Part shown: positions 23,381-34,142 of the stretch, in pieces
How the letters are laid out: each line of letters begins with the position of its first letter
Numbering within the stretch: the stretch's first letter is position 1
NCBI RefSeq assembly: GCF_004010195.1
Contig: NC_057754.1
Span: 10,305,182-10,345,561 of the forward strand
DNA: 40,380 nucleotides
Direction of reading: 5' to 3'
Source of the DNA: Chiloscyllium plagiosum
Lineage: Eukaryota
Program-made: the position numbers and the translations under genes
Notes under the pieces: generated by a model
The model's input: the letters and a program-made list of their open reading frames with translations, nothing else
Told to the model about the DNA's origin: nothing
Databases searched by the model: none

Positions 23381-24004
23381 TGTGATGATGATGCTCCTTT
23401 AGCAAGGTTAGGTAGATCTTGGTTATTTTTTAAAGATCATAAAGATAGAGGGTCTGTTTTCGCTGCATTTATCTGCTTGAAGAGGCTTTTAAGTTTAAAA
23501 CAAAACACTTGTACAATGAAAGGGGAGTGACCATTCTCCTGGCTCAGCTTTTCTCTGGTTTGGTTTGGGTTTTTTAGCAGTCTGGATGTTCAGAGCTGCT
23601 AGTCAGTTTAAACTGGTCAAAGAAACAGCTACATGGGAGAAGGTGTTTCATGCTGAACCTCTCTGCCATCTCTCTCTCTCCTGTAAGAACCTGTGTCTGA
23701 TTTTTCCTTTTTGCCAAGGGAATGTTTATGGGAACTATTGCAGGCATTTCGAACAGCATCATTAAGTTGCGATAGAATCGGTTAGGTTCTTAAATACTTA
23801 ACTGATTCTGTACTCTGTTTTCTTTTGTTTGTGTTTCATTCAGTAATCTTGCAAATGAATTCGGCTTTGTTCAAAACTAAGTGGTTGGGCCAGCTGCATC
23901 CCTCCTGGAATATCCACTCTACATCTGCTTAAAACAGCTGGCAAAGTTAGAGTCTGGGCTACTTTCTTAAACTGTTTTGAGGGGGTCTGGCCTGGTCCAT
24001 AACA
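23381..24004 (+). repeat. 5' LTR
   Basis: TG...CA ends (TGTGATGATG...GGTCCATAACA), homologous to 28235-28836. Confidence 0.88.
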
Positions 24005-24007
24005 GAC

Positions 24008-24027
24008 TGGGTGCTCTTTGTGGGATT
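24008..24027 (+). other. Degenerate primer-binding site, tRNA-Pro-like
   Basis: TGGGTGCTCTTTGTGGGATT, 3 nt after the LTR, compared with the tRNA-Pro PBS TGGGGGCTCGTCCGGGAT. Confidence 0.55.
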
Positions 24028-24147
24028 TGTCCTATAGTTTCAAACTGGGATTACGGTTGCTGAACTCAAAGACAGTGAGTGATAGGTGTGAGTGTCTTTT
24101 GTTCTGGGTATTGATTTTGGTTGGTTTGAACCGTGCTATGGATAGCA

Positions 24148-24970
24148 ATGGCTCTTTCAGTCACTAAGAGTTTTCTAGGGATGGAAGAAGTGACTATGGG
24201 GGCTTTACAAAAGATGAACAAAGAAAGGTTGCTGGAATTGGCAGACGAGCTGGAGTTGGAGCTGCCTCCTTCCATGAGGAAACGAGAGATAATGACAGCA
24301 ATAGCTCAGCATTTAAATTTGCTGAAAAACACCATCAGAATCTTTAGAGATGGCAAAGGTTCAATTGAAAACGATGCAGCCTGAGTTAGAGGCTAAAGAC
24401 ATGGGGCAGAACAGAGGCTCAGTGATTAGCACTGCTGCCTCACAGCACCAGGGACCTGGGTTTGATTCCACCCTCGGATGACTGTCTGCGTGGAGTTTGC
24501 ACGTTCGCCCTGTGTCTGTGTGCCTTTCCATCGGGTGCTCCAGTTTATTCCCACAGTCCTAAGATACTCAGGTTAGGTGGATTGGCCATGCAAAATTGCT
24601 CATGGTGTCCAGAAATGTGCAGGCTGGGTGTGTTAGCCATGGGAAATGCAAGGATATGGGGATGGGTCTGAGTAGAATGCTCTTTAGAGAGTTGGTACAG
24701 ACTTGGTGGGCCAAATAGGCTGTTTCCAAACTGTAGGGTTTCTATGTTCTACAATCTAACAAGGAAAGGGCAAAAGAAATGAAGCTGTTTGAATTATGAT
24801 TAAGAGCAGAAGAAAGAGGAAAAAGGACAAATTGCTTTAGCAGAACTAAAAGAAAGAGAAAGAAAAGGAGAGAGTGGAAAGTAAGAAAGAGAGGGAGTTT
24901 AAACTTAAGAAGTTGCAATTTAGACAGGAGTTCAAAAATTCACTTCCTGAAGTAGTGAGAACTCATGTGG
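24148..24970 (+). pseudogene. gag remnant
   Basis: MALSVTKSFLGMEEV...KERLLELADELEL, an E/R/K-rich coiled coil, and EFKNSLPEVVRTHV at 24928-24969. Confidence 0.65.
24403..24758 (+). mobile_element. HE1 SINE inside gag
   Basis: A and B boxes and an HE1 body. Confidence 0.85.
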
Positions 24971-25046
24971 CAGTCTTAATAAGTTAAGATTAAGGGGTTT
25001 TAAAATGAAGCCATCTTTGGATATTGATTTTTTTTAAGGGGGAAGG

Positions 25047-25714
25047 TGTGACGATGCTGCTCCTTTAACAAGGTTATGTTGTCCTTGGCTTCTTTTTCAG
25101 TGAGGTCATAAAAGCAGCGATTCCAAAACGTCTGGCTTGGACATGTTTTAGGGCCAATTTGATTAGAGCTAACAGATACTGCCTCAGGCAAAAGATTTTA
25201 AGTTTTCATAAAAAAACACTTTATATAATAAAAGGGGAGTGACTAGTTCTCCCAGTTGAGCTTTTCTTTGGTTTGATTTGGTTTTGGCAATCTGGCTATT
25301 CATTGAAAGCAGTCAGGGAGTTTTAAGACTGCTGATCCACAAAATAGCTACATGGAAGATGTTCCATGCTGCCACCTCTCTCTCTTTCTCTCTCCTGTAA
25401 GACCCTGTGTTTGATTTTTCCTTCTGTGCCAAGGGATTTTTATGGAGGTTATTTCAAGTATTTGGAACAGCTTAATAAGTTGGGATGATCTGTTGGATTT
25501 TCTGATAGGTTAAGTTATTCAGTATTCTGATCTCTTATGTTTGGGTTTCATTCGATAATCTTGAAATAAATTCTGTTTTGTTTAAAACTAAGTGGTTTGA
25601 CCAGTTGCATCCTTCCTGGAATATCTGTGTTTTACCTGCTTAAAACAAGGAACAAATTTAGGTTCTGGGTACTTTCTTGAAATGTTTTGAGGGGGTCTGA
25701 CTTGGTCCATAGCA
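25047..25714 (+). repeat. Internal third LTR with its own polypurine tract
   Basis: AAGGGGGAAGG at 25036-25046, then TGTGACGATG...GGTCCATAGCA. Confidence 0.85.
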
Positions 25715-28060
25715 CCATTCAGAATTGGAGGGTGCATTAGCAAGGTGGCATCAGACATTAAGGACCATATTGAGGGCTTATAGTCATGACTATCCAGAGA
25801 AAGGAATTCAATTTTTTTTTATTTTTGCCATCAGGAACGCACCAAATGAATCAACCAAATTCAGTTCATATGCATTAGTTTTGGGCATGAAGTGAGAGGT
25901 CTGTTAAAATTGATTCAGGGGAAATTGGTAACTCAGAATTCAGAGACCACTTATTTGGACAATGTGTCAGATTTTGGGGAACGATTAAATAGAGCAGGGA
26001 GTTGGCTAGACAGCATTTAAAAGTATCACAGCGTACAATGGTCAGCAGACAAGAAATCAAAAAATCGCAATTTTGCTATTGAAGATAAGGTGTTAGTGTT
26101 ACCTCCAGTGATAGGTGAACCTTTAAAAGCAAGGTTTAGTGGACTTTATCAAATCAAAATGAGATTGAGTGGGGTGAACTATTTGATAAGAACTCTAGAC
26201 AGAAAGAAATCTGACAAAGTGTGTCATGTAAATAAGCTCAAAGGGTATTTTGACAGGAAGGAAAGCAAGAGAAGACTGTGTTATTGGTAACAACACAGAG
26301 GGAAGAACCAAGTTCAGAGAATTCTGAATTGGACATTCCTCAAATTAAATTGGACCATGAGGAAGTTGTCAAAAATTGGAATAAATTACTTAATTACCTT
26401 CCAGAGGCAAATCAAAATGACCTGGAAGAGTTATTGCTATCACATAGGGAGATATATGGTAATAAGCTGGGAAGTACAAATCTAATTGTTCATGATGTAG
26501 ATATGGGGGATACTGCTCTAATTAAGCAACATCCTTATGAGCATAATCCGCTAAAATTGACACAAGCTCAAAAGGAGATTGAACGCATGCACCAAGATGA
26601 CATAATCAAAGTGAGTTACAGTGACTGGTGCTCACCCATAGTAATGGTGCCAAAACCAGATGGTACCCAACAATTATGTGTGGATTATTGCAAAGACAAT
26701 GCAGTTACAGAGATTGATGCATAATGAATTCTATGTTTGGAAGACTATGTTGAAAAGATGGGACAAGCATCTTATATGTCTAAGTTGGACTTGCTCAGAG
26801 GGTACTGGCAGGTACTTCTGTCCAAAAGATTAGATTCCCTACAGTGTGGAAACAGGCCCTTCGGCCCAACAAGTCCACACCAACCCTCCAAAGGACAACC
26901 CAGACCCATCTCCCTCTAACTCATGCATCTAACACTATGGGACACTTTAGCATGGCCAATCGACCTGACCTGCACAGCTTTGGATCATGGGAGGAAATCG
27001 GAGCACCCGGAGGAAACCCACACAGACACAGAGAGAACATGCAAACTCCACACAGTCACCCGAGTCTGGAATCAAACCCAGGTCCCTGGCACTGGGAGGC
27101 TGCAGTGCTAACCATTGAGCCACCGTACCACCCCAAGAACAAAGACAATTTTGGCTTTCATAACGCCGAATGGACTGTGTCAATTTAAAGTCATGCCAGT
27201 TGGTATGGAAAAGGTGCCAGCCACATTTCAGAGGCTAACCAATAAGGTCATTTCCGAATTACCCAATTGTGTCATATATATATATACATGACCTGGTGAT
27301 TTTTAGTCACACATGGAAGAAAAGTTTGCAACATTTGTCAGACTTCTTCAAATGACGTCAGGAGGCAGGCTTGGTGACAAATCTGGCTAAGAGTGAATTT
27401 GCCAAAGCCCAAGTCACCTTCCTGGGCCATGTTATTGGACATGGACAAATGGCCCCATGGGATGCAAAAACCAAGGTAATTGGGGAGCTTCCCATACCAT
27501 CGACAAAAAGAGCACTTCCTGGATTGAATGGATTTTATCAGATATTCGTACCAAGTCTTAACAGAGTGGCTGCTCTACTCACTGAATTGCTAAAGAAAGG
27601 CAAGAAGTTTCAATGAACAGCAGACTGTCAGAAGGCATTTGACAGCCTGAAAGCTGTGTTAACCACTGCCCCAGTGTTAACCACACCTAATTACACAAAG
27701 CCATTCAAGTTCGCTATTGATGCGAGTGATGTGGGTGTCAGTGCTATGCTCTTGCAAGAAGACGACAAGAAGATAGAAAAACCTATCGGGTATTTCTCCA
27801 GGAAATTGAACATTCATCAGTTGAGAAGAAGACTTTGAGTTTGGTGTTGGTGTTATAACATTTCAATGTTTATGTCACCAGTAATGTATCTGAGACAATC
27901 ATATGCACTGATCACAACGCATTGAAGTTTGTGACAAAATTTAAGGACAAAAATTTCACACTGTTTAGATGGAGCTTGTTGTTACAGCCATTCAATTTCA
28001 AAACTGTGCATGTGGCAGAACGAGAAAACATCATTGCCTACACATTGTTGAGACCTGAAT
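25715..28060 (+). pseudogene. pol remnant: integrase C-half, RT and RNase H
   Basis: GALARWHQTLRTILRAY and FAIRNAPNESTKFS (integrase); KARFSGLYQI...HVNKLKGY (GPY/F-like); RT ~26500-27470; RNase H ~27690-28060. Many stops. Confidence 0.82.
26828..27134 (-). mobile_element. HE1 SINE inside RT
   Basis: A reverse HE1 splits YWQV from AFITPNG. Confidence 0.88.
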
Positions 28061-28234
28061 GAGAAACGGAGGCGTTCGGTGGCAGGAGTAAACCGACTGA
28101 AACAGAATGTAGTAGTTTGCGTGTCTACAGTTAGTGTAATGTATATGCGTGTTGTAATGTACTAACAGTTTAAGATTAAGAGGTTTTAAAATGAAGCCAC
28201 TTCGCATATTGCTTGTCCTTTTTTGAGGGGTAGG

Positions 28235-28836
28235 TGTGACAATGCTGCTCCTTTAGCAAAGTTAGGTTGTCCTTGGGTTTTTTTTTCAGAGGGGTTGTAA
28301 ATACAGAGGTGCAGTTTTTTTCTGCGTTTATCTACTTGAAGAAGCTTTTCAGCATTAAAAAAACTTGATCAATGAAAGGGGAGTGGCCAGTTCTCCTGGC
28401 TCAGCTTTTCTCTGGTTTCGGTTTTTACCAGTCTGGATGTTCAGAGCTGCTAGTCAGTTTAAGCTGGTCAAAGAAACAGCTACATGGAAGAAGGTGTTCC
28501 ATGCTGAACCTCTCTGCCATCTCTCTCTCCTGTAAGAACCTGTGTCTGATTTTTCCTTTTTGCCAAGTGGGTGTTTATGGGGACTATTGCAGGCATTTGG
28601 AATAACATCATTAAGTTGCGATAGGATTGGTTGGGTTTTTAAATAGTTACATTGTTCTACATTCTGTTCTCTCTTATTTGTGTTTTGTTTGGTAATCTTG
28701 CAAATAAATTGTTTAGTTTAAAACTAAGTGGTTGGATCAGCTGATTCACTCCTGGAATTCCTGCATAAAACGAGAAAAGTTAGGGTCCGGCTATTTCCTT
28801 GACATGTTTTGAGGGGGTCTGGCCTGGTCCATGGCA
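28235..28836 (+). repeat. 3' LTR
   Basis: Preceded by PPT GAGGGGTAGG at 28225-28234. TG...CA ends. Confidence 0.88.
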
Positions 28837-28917
28837 CTATTACTCTGTTTTGTCGCTGCTCTCCCTGATCAACTCTCTGTCATTGCTGAACTTAATCTGT
28901 CTCCAATAATGGGTGTA

Positions 28918-29228
28918 TTGTTTTTTGACACTGATCTAGCTCCATCAGAGCCAGCTCTCACAGCGAACAGAATGCCTGACACTCTGAGTTATTTTTCTTT
29001 TTTTCTCTCTACCCCCACACCTAACTGCGGTAGTGCTTATTTATTCCCCCGCACCCATGTTGTGTGTGTGCAGGTGTAAGACACAGTGAAAGACACAAGG
29101 TGCATGAATCTTTATTCAATTTCCACCACCAGGAAGCAAAGAAATACCCAAGTGGCCAGTGACAAGCAGTGCCCTTCACATCAAAGGGCAATGCTGTGTG
29201 ATCAAACAGTGAAGGGGAGGGCAGGGAT
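28918..29228 (-). mobile_element. 5'-truncated non-LTR insertion (L1/Tx1-like 3' UTR) with two A-rich tails
   Basis: Exact 16-bp TSD TCCAATAATGGGTGTA at 28902-28917 and 29229-29244. Minus-strand AATAAA and A tracts at ~28989-29010 and 28918-28926. Confidence 0.7.
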
Positions 29229-29258
29229 TCCAATAATGGGTGTAACTGTCCAAGGTCA

Positions 29259-29630
29259 GAGAGTCATAGAGTTGTACAGCAGGGAAGCTGACCCTTGGAT
29301 CCACTCATCCATGCCAACCAGATATCCGAACCTAACCTAGTCCCATTTGCCAGCATCCCTCTAAACCCTTCCGATTTATCTACTCATTCATTGTATCAGC
29401 CTCCACCAATTCCTCTGGCAGCTTATTCCATACATGCAGCATCTACTGCATGAAAAGGTTTCCCTTATGTCCCTTTTAAATATTTCCCCTCTCACCTTTA
29501 GCTTATGACCTTATCTATTTATCCTATCCATGCCCCTCATGATCTTATAAACTTCTATACACTCTCGGGAAAATAGCCCAAGCCTTTTCAGGCTCTCCCT
29601 ATAGCTCAAACTCTCCACCTTGGCAACACT
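29259..29630 (-). mobile_element. HER1/CR1 3' fragment
   Basis: GAGAGTCATAGAGTTGTACAGC tail and a reverse HER1 body. Confidence 0.85.
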
Positions 29631-30139
29631 CCTCATGCTACCCAGCGAATCTTCTTGAGTTCCAGCCCCTGCTCCTTTCAGAGGGACAGGGTTGTCTTTA
29701 ACTCGTGCAGGCTGCTTTAAACAGTGTTAGCCTCATATGTCTTTGGGCCCAGCACCGAGGTTGTGCAGTCATTTAGCAACACATCAACACTGAGCTGCAC
29801 CTCATTACCAGTTACATTAGTGACATCATAACGTTTTAGAGCTATCTGCAACACTCTGATGGGACCAGGTAAATTTCCCATCGTCATTCCTGAGCTCAAT
29901 TCCCAGCCTGATCCAATTTTAACCCTTGACGTTTGACAGCATTGAACAGCATGTAGCATGGGGGAAAGGGAAAAACATGAACAAAAATATTTTATTGTTA
30001 CTACCATTGACTCTCTAAATGATGCTTTTTCAGCTGAACATCACTGGACCGTTGCTGCTGGTAATTATCTTCCCTTAGTAGCTCCCACAATGCCATAAGG
30101 TAAGGAGTTGTTTGTTGAGTCGAAATCAATGACAATTTA

Positions 30140-31050
30140 TATCAATGTAGTGGCTTTCACAGAATGGAAACTTCCAAACTTTTCCTCAGGATTATTAGAA
30201 AGCAACTTTTGACTCCGTCACATAATGTGATATTAGGAAGGTGACAAAATGTTTTTTGGTCAAATATGTAGTTTACAAGGAGTATCTTAAAGTGCAAAAC
30301 TGAGCCTGGGAAAGGGAGAGGTTTAGTGCAAAGATTTCACAGTTTATGGCCTTGGCAGCTGAAGATTGAGAACACCAAACAGTTAAAATTGAAAATGCTC
30401 AGGAGGTTGGAACTAGAGGTAATGCAGATATCTCAAAAGGCATTTTGAAAATTCGTCCTTGGGATGTGGGCAGTGCTGGCTGAGTTAGCATTTATTGGCC
30501 AGCCCTAATTGCCTTTGAGAGGGCTGGAGGACATTACAGAGATAGATACAGAAGAGACTAACAAGAGGTTTGATTAGAAAGATGAAAAGTTTAAAATTTA
30601 GCTGCGTGAGCATGGGATGGTAGGTGAACAAGATGTAGTGCAAATACTCACCTGCACAGTAGAGTTTTGGATGGCCTCACTGGATTACATCATTGGGTGA
30701 ATAACAATAACCTGTAACTCCTTCCCCTACAGCATTGTGAGAGCTTGTGTGGGAAGATAAAGGTAGCAGCACATGACTGGGAGAATGGGCAGTGGTAAAC
30801 CTTCATTCGGATACAGGCAATGGAAGGAACGATAAAACACTAAACAGAGCTCAAGTTCACTCATTAACAGAAGCAGAGGAATAAGGCAAGTGCAGAGAGG
30901 GGAATGTGAGAGAATGGTAGGGAGAGCATTACGATAATTAAGTCCAGAGGTAACAAAGCATTCAATGAGAGTTTCAGCAGCAGATGCACAGAGATTAGTA
31001 GGAGTTGAGTGACGTTACTGAGATGGAAGTCTTGGTGGTGATGGGGACAT
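30140..31050 (-). mobile_element. Decayed L2 LINE 3' region with other old repeat fragments
   Basis: The minus strand resembles the L2 RT C-terminus (FHLSNVTQL; AFVTSGLNY). Confidence 0.55.
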
Positions 31051-31089
31051 GTGTTTGATGGCACAACAGTCCCGCAGAACTTCCTGCAG

Positions 31090-31615
31090 TCCATGCACCT
31101 GAGCTGGTGTTGTATATGACTGAGTGAATCCCTTCCCACACACTGGAAATTAATTCCTCTCCACAATCTGCACAGTTTCTCCCAGTTTGGCTGCATTTGT
31201 GGTTTGGAGAAAGTGAGGACTGCAGATGCTGGTGATCAGAATCGAAAAATGTGGTGCTGTAAAAGCGCAGCAGGTCAGGCAGCACCTGAGGAGCAGGAGA
31301 TTTGACGTTTTGGGTATAAGTCATTCCCGATGAAGGGCTTATGCCTGAAACATCGATCTCCTGCTCTTCAGATGCTGCCTGATCTGCTGTGCTTTTCCAG
31401 CACCACATTTTCCAATTCTGCATTTATGGATTGTGAGCTGTGATGATTGGCTGAAGTCTTGTCCACACACACAAGTGTACAGTTTCTCTCCAGTGTGAAC
31501 AGAGCTTTATCCTTTCATGTTTAAAATCTGATCGAGTTCCATTTGTGACAAAATGGGCGATTCCATCAGATCATGAGGGATGGTTGGTTTGAAAATCTTC
31601 ACCTTCTAATGTCCT
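31090..31615 (-). pseudogene. ZNF pseudogene (leader plus ~2-3 fingers)
   Basis: Reverse strand reads CTTCAG|AGGACATTAGAAGG...GTTCACACTGGAGAGAAACTG...GGACAAGACTTCAGCCAATCATC, homologous to 12651-12860. Its intron tract is displaced to 31748-31795. Confidence 0.75.
31207..31417 (-). mobile_element. Palindromic hammerhead element, older copy
   Basis: Imperfect inverted arms and the core CCGATGAAGGGCTTATGCCTGAAACATC. TSD CTGCATTTGTGGTTTG / CTGCATTTATGGATTG at 31191-31206 and 31418-31433. Confidence 0.8.
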
Positions 31616-31620
31616 CTGAA

Positions 31621-31656
31621 GTTCCTGAAGAAGGGCCTGTGCCCGAAACGTCGAAT
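31621..31656 (+). ncRNA. Predicted minimal type I hammerhead ribozyme, best-preserved copy
   Basis: GTTC (stem I) CTGAAGA A GGGC-CTGT-GCCC (stem II) GAAAC GTC^ GAAT (stem I'). Part of stem I is supplied by the TSD. Confidence 0.65.
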
Positions 31657-31747
31657 CTCCTGTTCCCTGGATGCTGCCTGACCTGCTGTGCTGTTCCAGC
31701 AATAAAGTTTCAACTTTGATCTCCAGCATCTGCAGACCTCACTTTCC
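31624..31747 (+). mobile_element. Monomeric hammerhead element
   Basis: 11-bp TSD CCTCTGAAGTT at 31613-31623 and 31748-31758. Same body and tail as 3236-3361. Confidence 0.85.
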
Positions 31748-31959
31748 CCTCTGAAGTTGATGTCAAACAAAAAACAAGAGAGTGAGAGAGAATCTCTTAC
31801 AAGACTCAGGCTTCTGTGTGAAGATAGGGACTGAAGGAGAGGGATGTTCGACACCCATACATTAACCAGAGCTTTGGCAGAATCTTCCAAACCGTCAGCC
31901 TCCATCACCGAGGTGGAGCACGGTAGCAACCGGATTTGGACACCATCACCTCCCGGTTC

Positions 31960-32175
31960 CCTCCAGGTCACACACTGTCCTGACTTCTCTGACATCCAGT
32001 CTTGGTGGAACAGAAATTTCCTTCAATTAAATCCTGGCAAAACTGAGGCCTTTGTCTTCATTCCCCAACACAAACTCCACTGCCTCGCCACTGACTCCAT
32101 CCCTCTCCCTGGCAACTATCTGAGGCTGAACCAAACACATCATAACCAGTGGGAAATATTTCAGCCCCAGATGAA
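31960..32175 (+). mobile_element. L2 LINE RT fragment
   Basis: SDIQSWWNRNFLQLNPGKTEAFVF. Confidence 0.75.
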
Positions 32176-33500
32176 ACTGAGGAGAAACTGGAGATGTGGT
32201 GATTGTGGGGAGGAATGCATTTCCCCTTCTGAGCTGGGCACAGTCCCACCAGTAACAGGCCATTCACCTGCACAGTGTGTGGGAAGGGATTCACTCAGTC
32301 ATCTAACCTGCTGCAACACCAGCTCGTTCACACTGAGGAGAGACCATTTCAATGTATGGTCGGCAAGAAGTGCTGTAAACTTTCTGGGGGACTGTTGTGC
32401 CATCAATGTGTTCACGCTGAGGGCAGACATTTTAAATGCGTGGACAGTGGAAAATGCTTTAAAACTTCCAGGGACTTGACGTCCCATCAACATGCTCATA
32501 CTAATGAGATACCTTTTAAATACCCAGACTGTAGAAAATACTATAAAATGTCTGGGGACCTGGTGGCCCATCAACGTGCTCACACAGAGGAGAGACTTTT
32601 GAAGTGCCCAAACTGTGGGATGTGTTATAAAACTTCCAGGGACCTAATGTCCCACCAACTTGCTCACATTAATGAGAGACCTTTTAAATGCCCAGCCTGT
32701 GGGAAATGCTACAAAACCTCCAGGGATCTGATGTCCCACCAACGTGTTCACTCTGAGGAGAAAGCGTTTAGGCTTGCTCACATTAATGAGAGACCTTTTA
32801 AATGCCCAGCCTGTGGGAAATGCTACAAAACCTCCAGGGATCTGATGTCCCACCGTGTTCACTCTGAGGAGAAAGCGTTTAGGTGCTCTCTCTGTGGGAC
32901 TGGGTTCAGGCGATCATCTGACCTCATGAGCACCAGCAGGTTCACACACTGGGAAGAAACCGTTCAGCTGCTCAGAGTGTGGGAGGGGATTCACTCGTTC
33001 ATCCAACCTACTGAGACACCAGCAAGTTCACACTGCGGAGAGATCTTTTACATGCCCAGACTGTGGAAAATGCTACACAAGCTCCTGGGGACTGACTTGT
33101 CATCAGCATGTTCACTCTGAGGAGAGACCGTTCAAATGCTCTGACTGGAAAGTGCTTTAGGAATTCTGTGGGACTGTGTCCCATCAACATGTTCACATGG
33201 AGGAGAGACCTTTTAAATGCTCACACTGCAGGAATACAAGTTCCTGGGGACTGTTTCATCATCAATGTGCTCACATTGAGGAAAGAACTTTCAAATGTCT
33301 AGTGTGTGGGAAGTGCTATCGAAGTTTTGTGGAACTGATGCCCCATCAACATGTTCACGCAATGAGAGACCTTTCAGATGTTTTCACTGTGGGACTGGGT
33401 TCAGGTGATCATTCAAACTTTCAGTACACCAGCGAGTTGACACCAGAGAGAAAGAATTTACCTGCTCCATGTGAGAAAAACAGTTAGCTCACTCATCGAC
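32176..33500 (+). pseudogene. C2H2 ZNF pseudogene, frameshifted
   Basis: Finger ORFs 32275-33120 and 33176-33487 have lost Cys/His ligands and switch frames. Confidence 0.8.
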
Positions 33501-33519
33501 CCTGCTGAGACAGCAGAGA

Positions 33520-33682
33520 GATTACAATTGCAACATTTAAAAGGCATTTCGATGGGTTTATGAACGGAGGGATGTGGGCCATGTGCTGGCAAATGGGATT
33601 GGATTAATTTACGACACCTGGTTGGCATGGGCGAGTTGGACGGAAGGGTCTGTTTCCATGTTGTGTAGTTCAATGACTCTAT
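33520..33682 (+). mobile_element. HER1/CR1 3' tail
   Basis: ACATTTAAAAGGCATTTCGATGGG...GAAGGGTCTGTTTCCATG...ATGACTCTAT. Confidence 0.85.
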
Positions 33683-34009
33683 TGTCCTAAAGAACATTGC
33701 TGCTCGATTGGATGTGCAGCTATTGGAGGGAACCATCAAGTGATGGGGTCAGGGAGCTCTCCTTGTTCCAGAGTTGTCCCTTGGGTGGGCTGGCTTTATA
33801 CAGCATAGCTCTCAAGAGTGGGACCGTCTCTTGGATGTTGTAGCAATCTGCTCAGCACCAGTAATGCCCAGTCACACTGTCCTTCCCAGTCCCGTAGGCA
33901 CCATGAGAGAAAGAGGCGATATTGAAACAAGCAGGAACTGTTATTTTTAGGAGAAATTCACCGTTTTTCAAGCCGGGGACCATTGAAGTGAAGCAGTGAC
34001 GACCATTAC

Positions 34010-34130
34010 CTTTGGAGAACATCAACAGGCCTGACAGCATCTGAAGGAGGATCACTAAAGTCGAAACATTTTGCCTCCCTGCACGGACGCCGCCAGAGGT
34101 GAATTTTTCCAGCAAATTGTTTTCTTTGGT
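34010..34130. mobile_element. Old fold-back Penelope-like remnant
   Basis: GGAGAACATCAACAGGCCTGACAGCATCTG...GTCGAAACATTTT...TTTTTCCAGCAAATT, weak inverted arms. Confidence 0.4.
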
Positions 34131-34142
34131 GTTATTTACCTC

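Larger units (their letters stand above)
23381..28836 (+). mobile_element. Gmr1-like Ty3/gypsy LTR retrotransposon, decayed and rearranged (gag-[LTR]-INT-RT-RNase H)
   Basis: Terminal LTRs at 23381-24004 and 28235-28836, flanks CTAC/CTAT, PBS and PPT present. Integrase and GPY/F-like sequence lie upstream of RT (SPIVMVPKPDG, KLDLLRGYWQV) and RNase H (DASDVG, IGYFSRKL). Confidence 0.85.

Noticed and set aside
29640..30130. Unassigned region with a 96-aa minus-strand ORF
   Set aside because: No recognisable motif or structure; probably old repeat DNA.
32275..33120. 281-aa ZNF ORF as a functional gene
   Set aside because: It has no proper ATG start, many zinc ligands are lost, and it shifts out of the finger frame.
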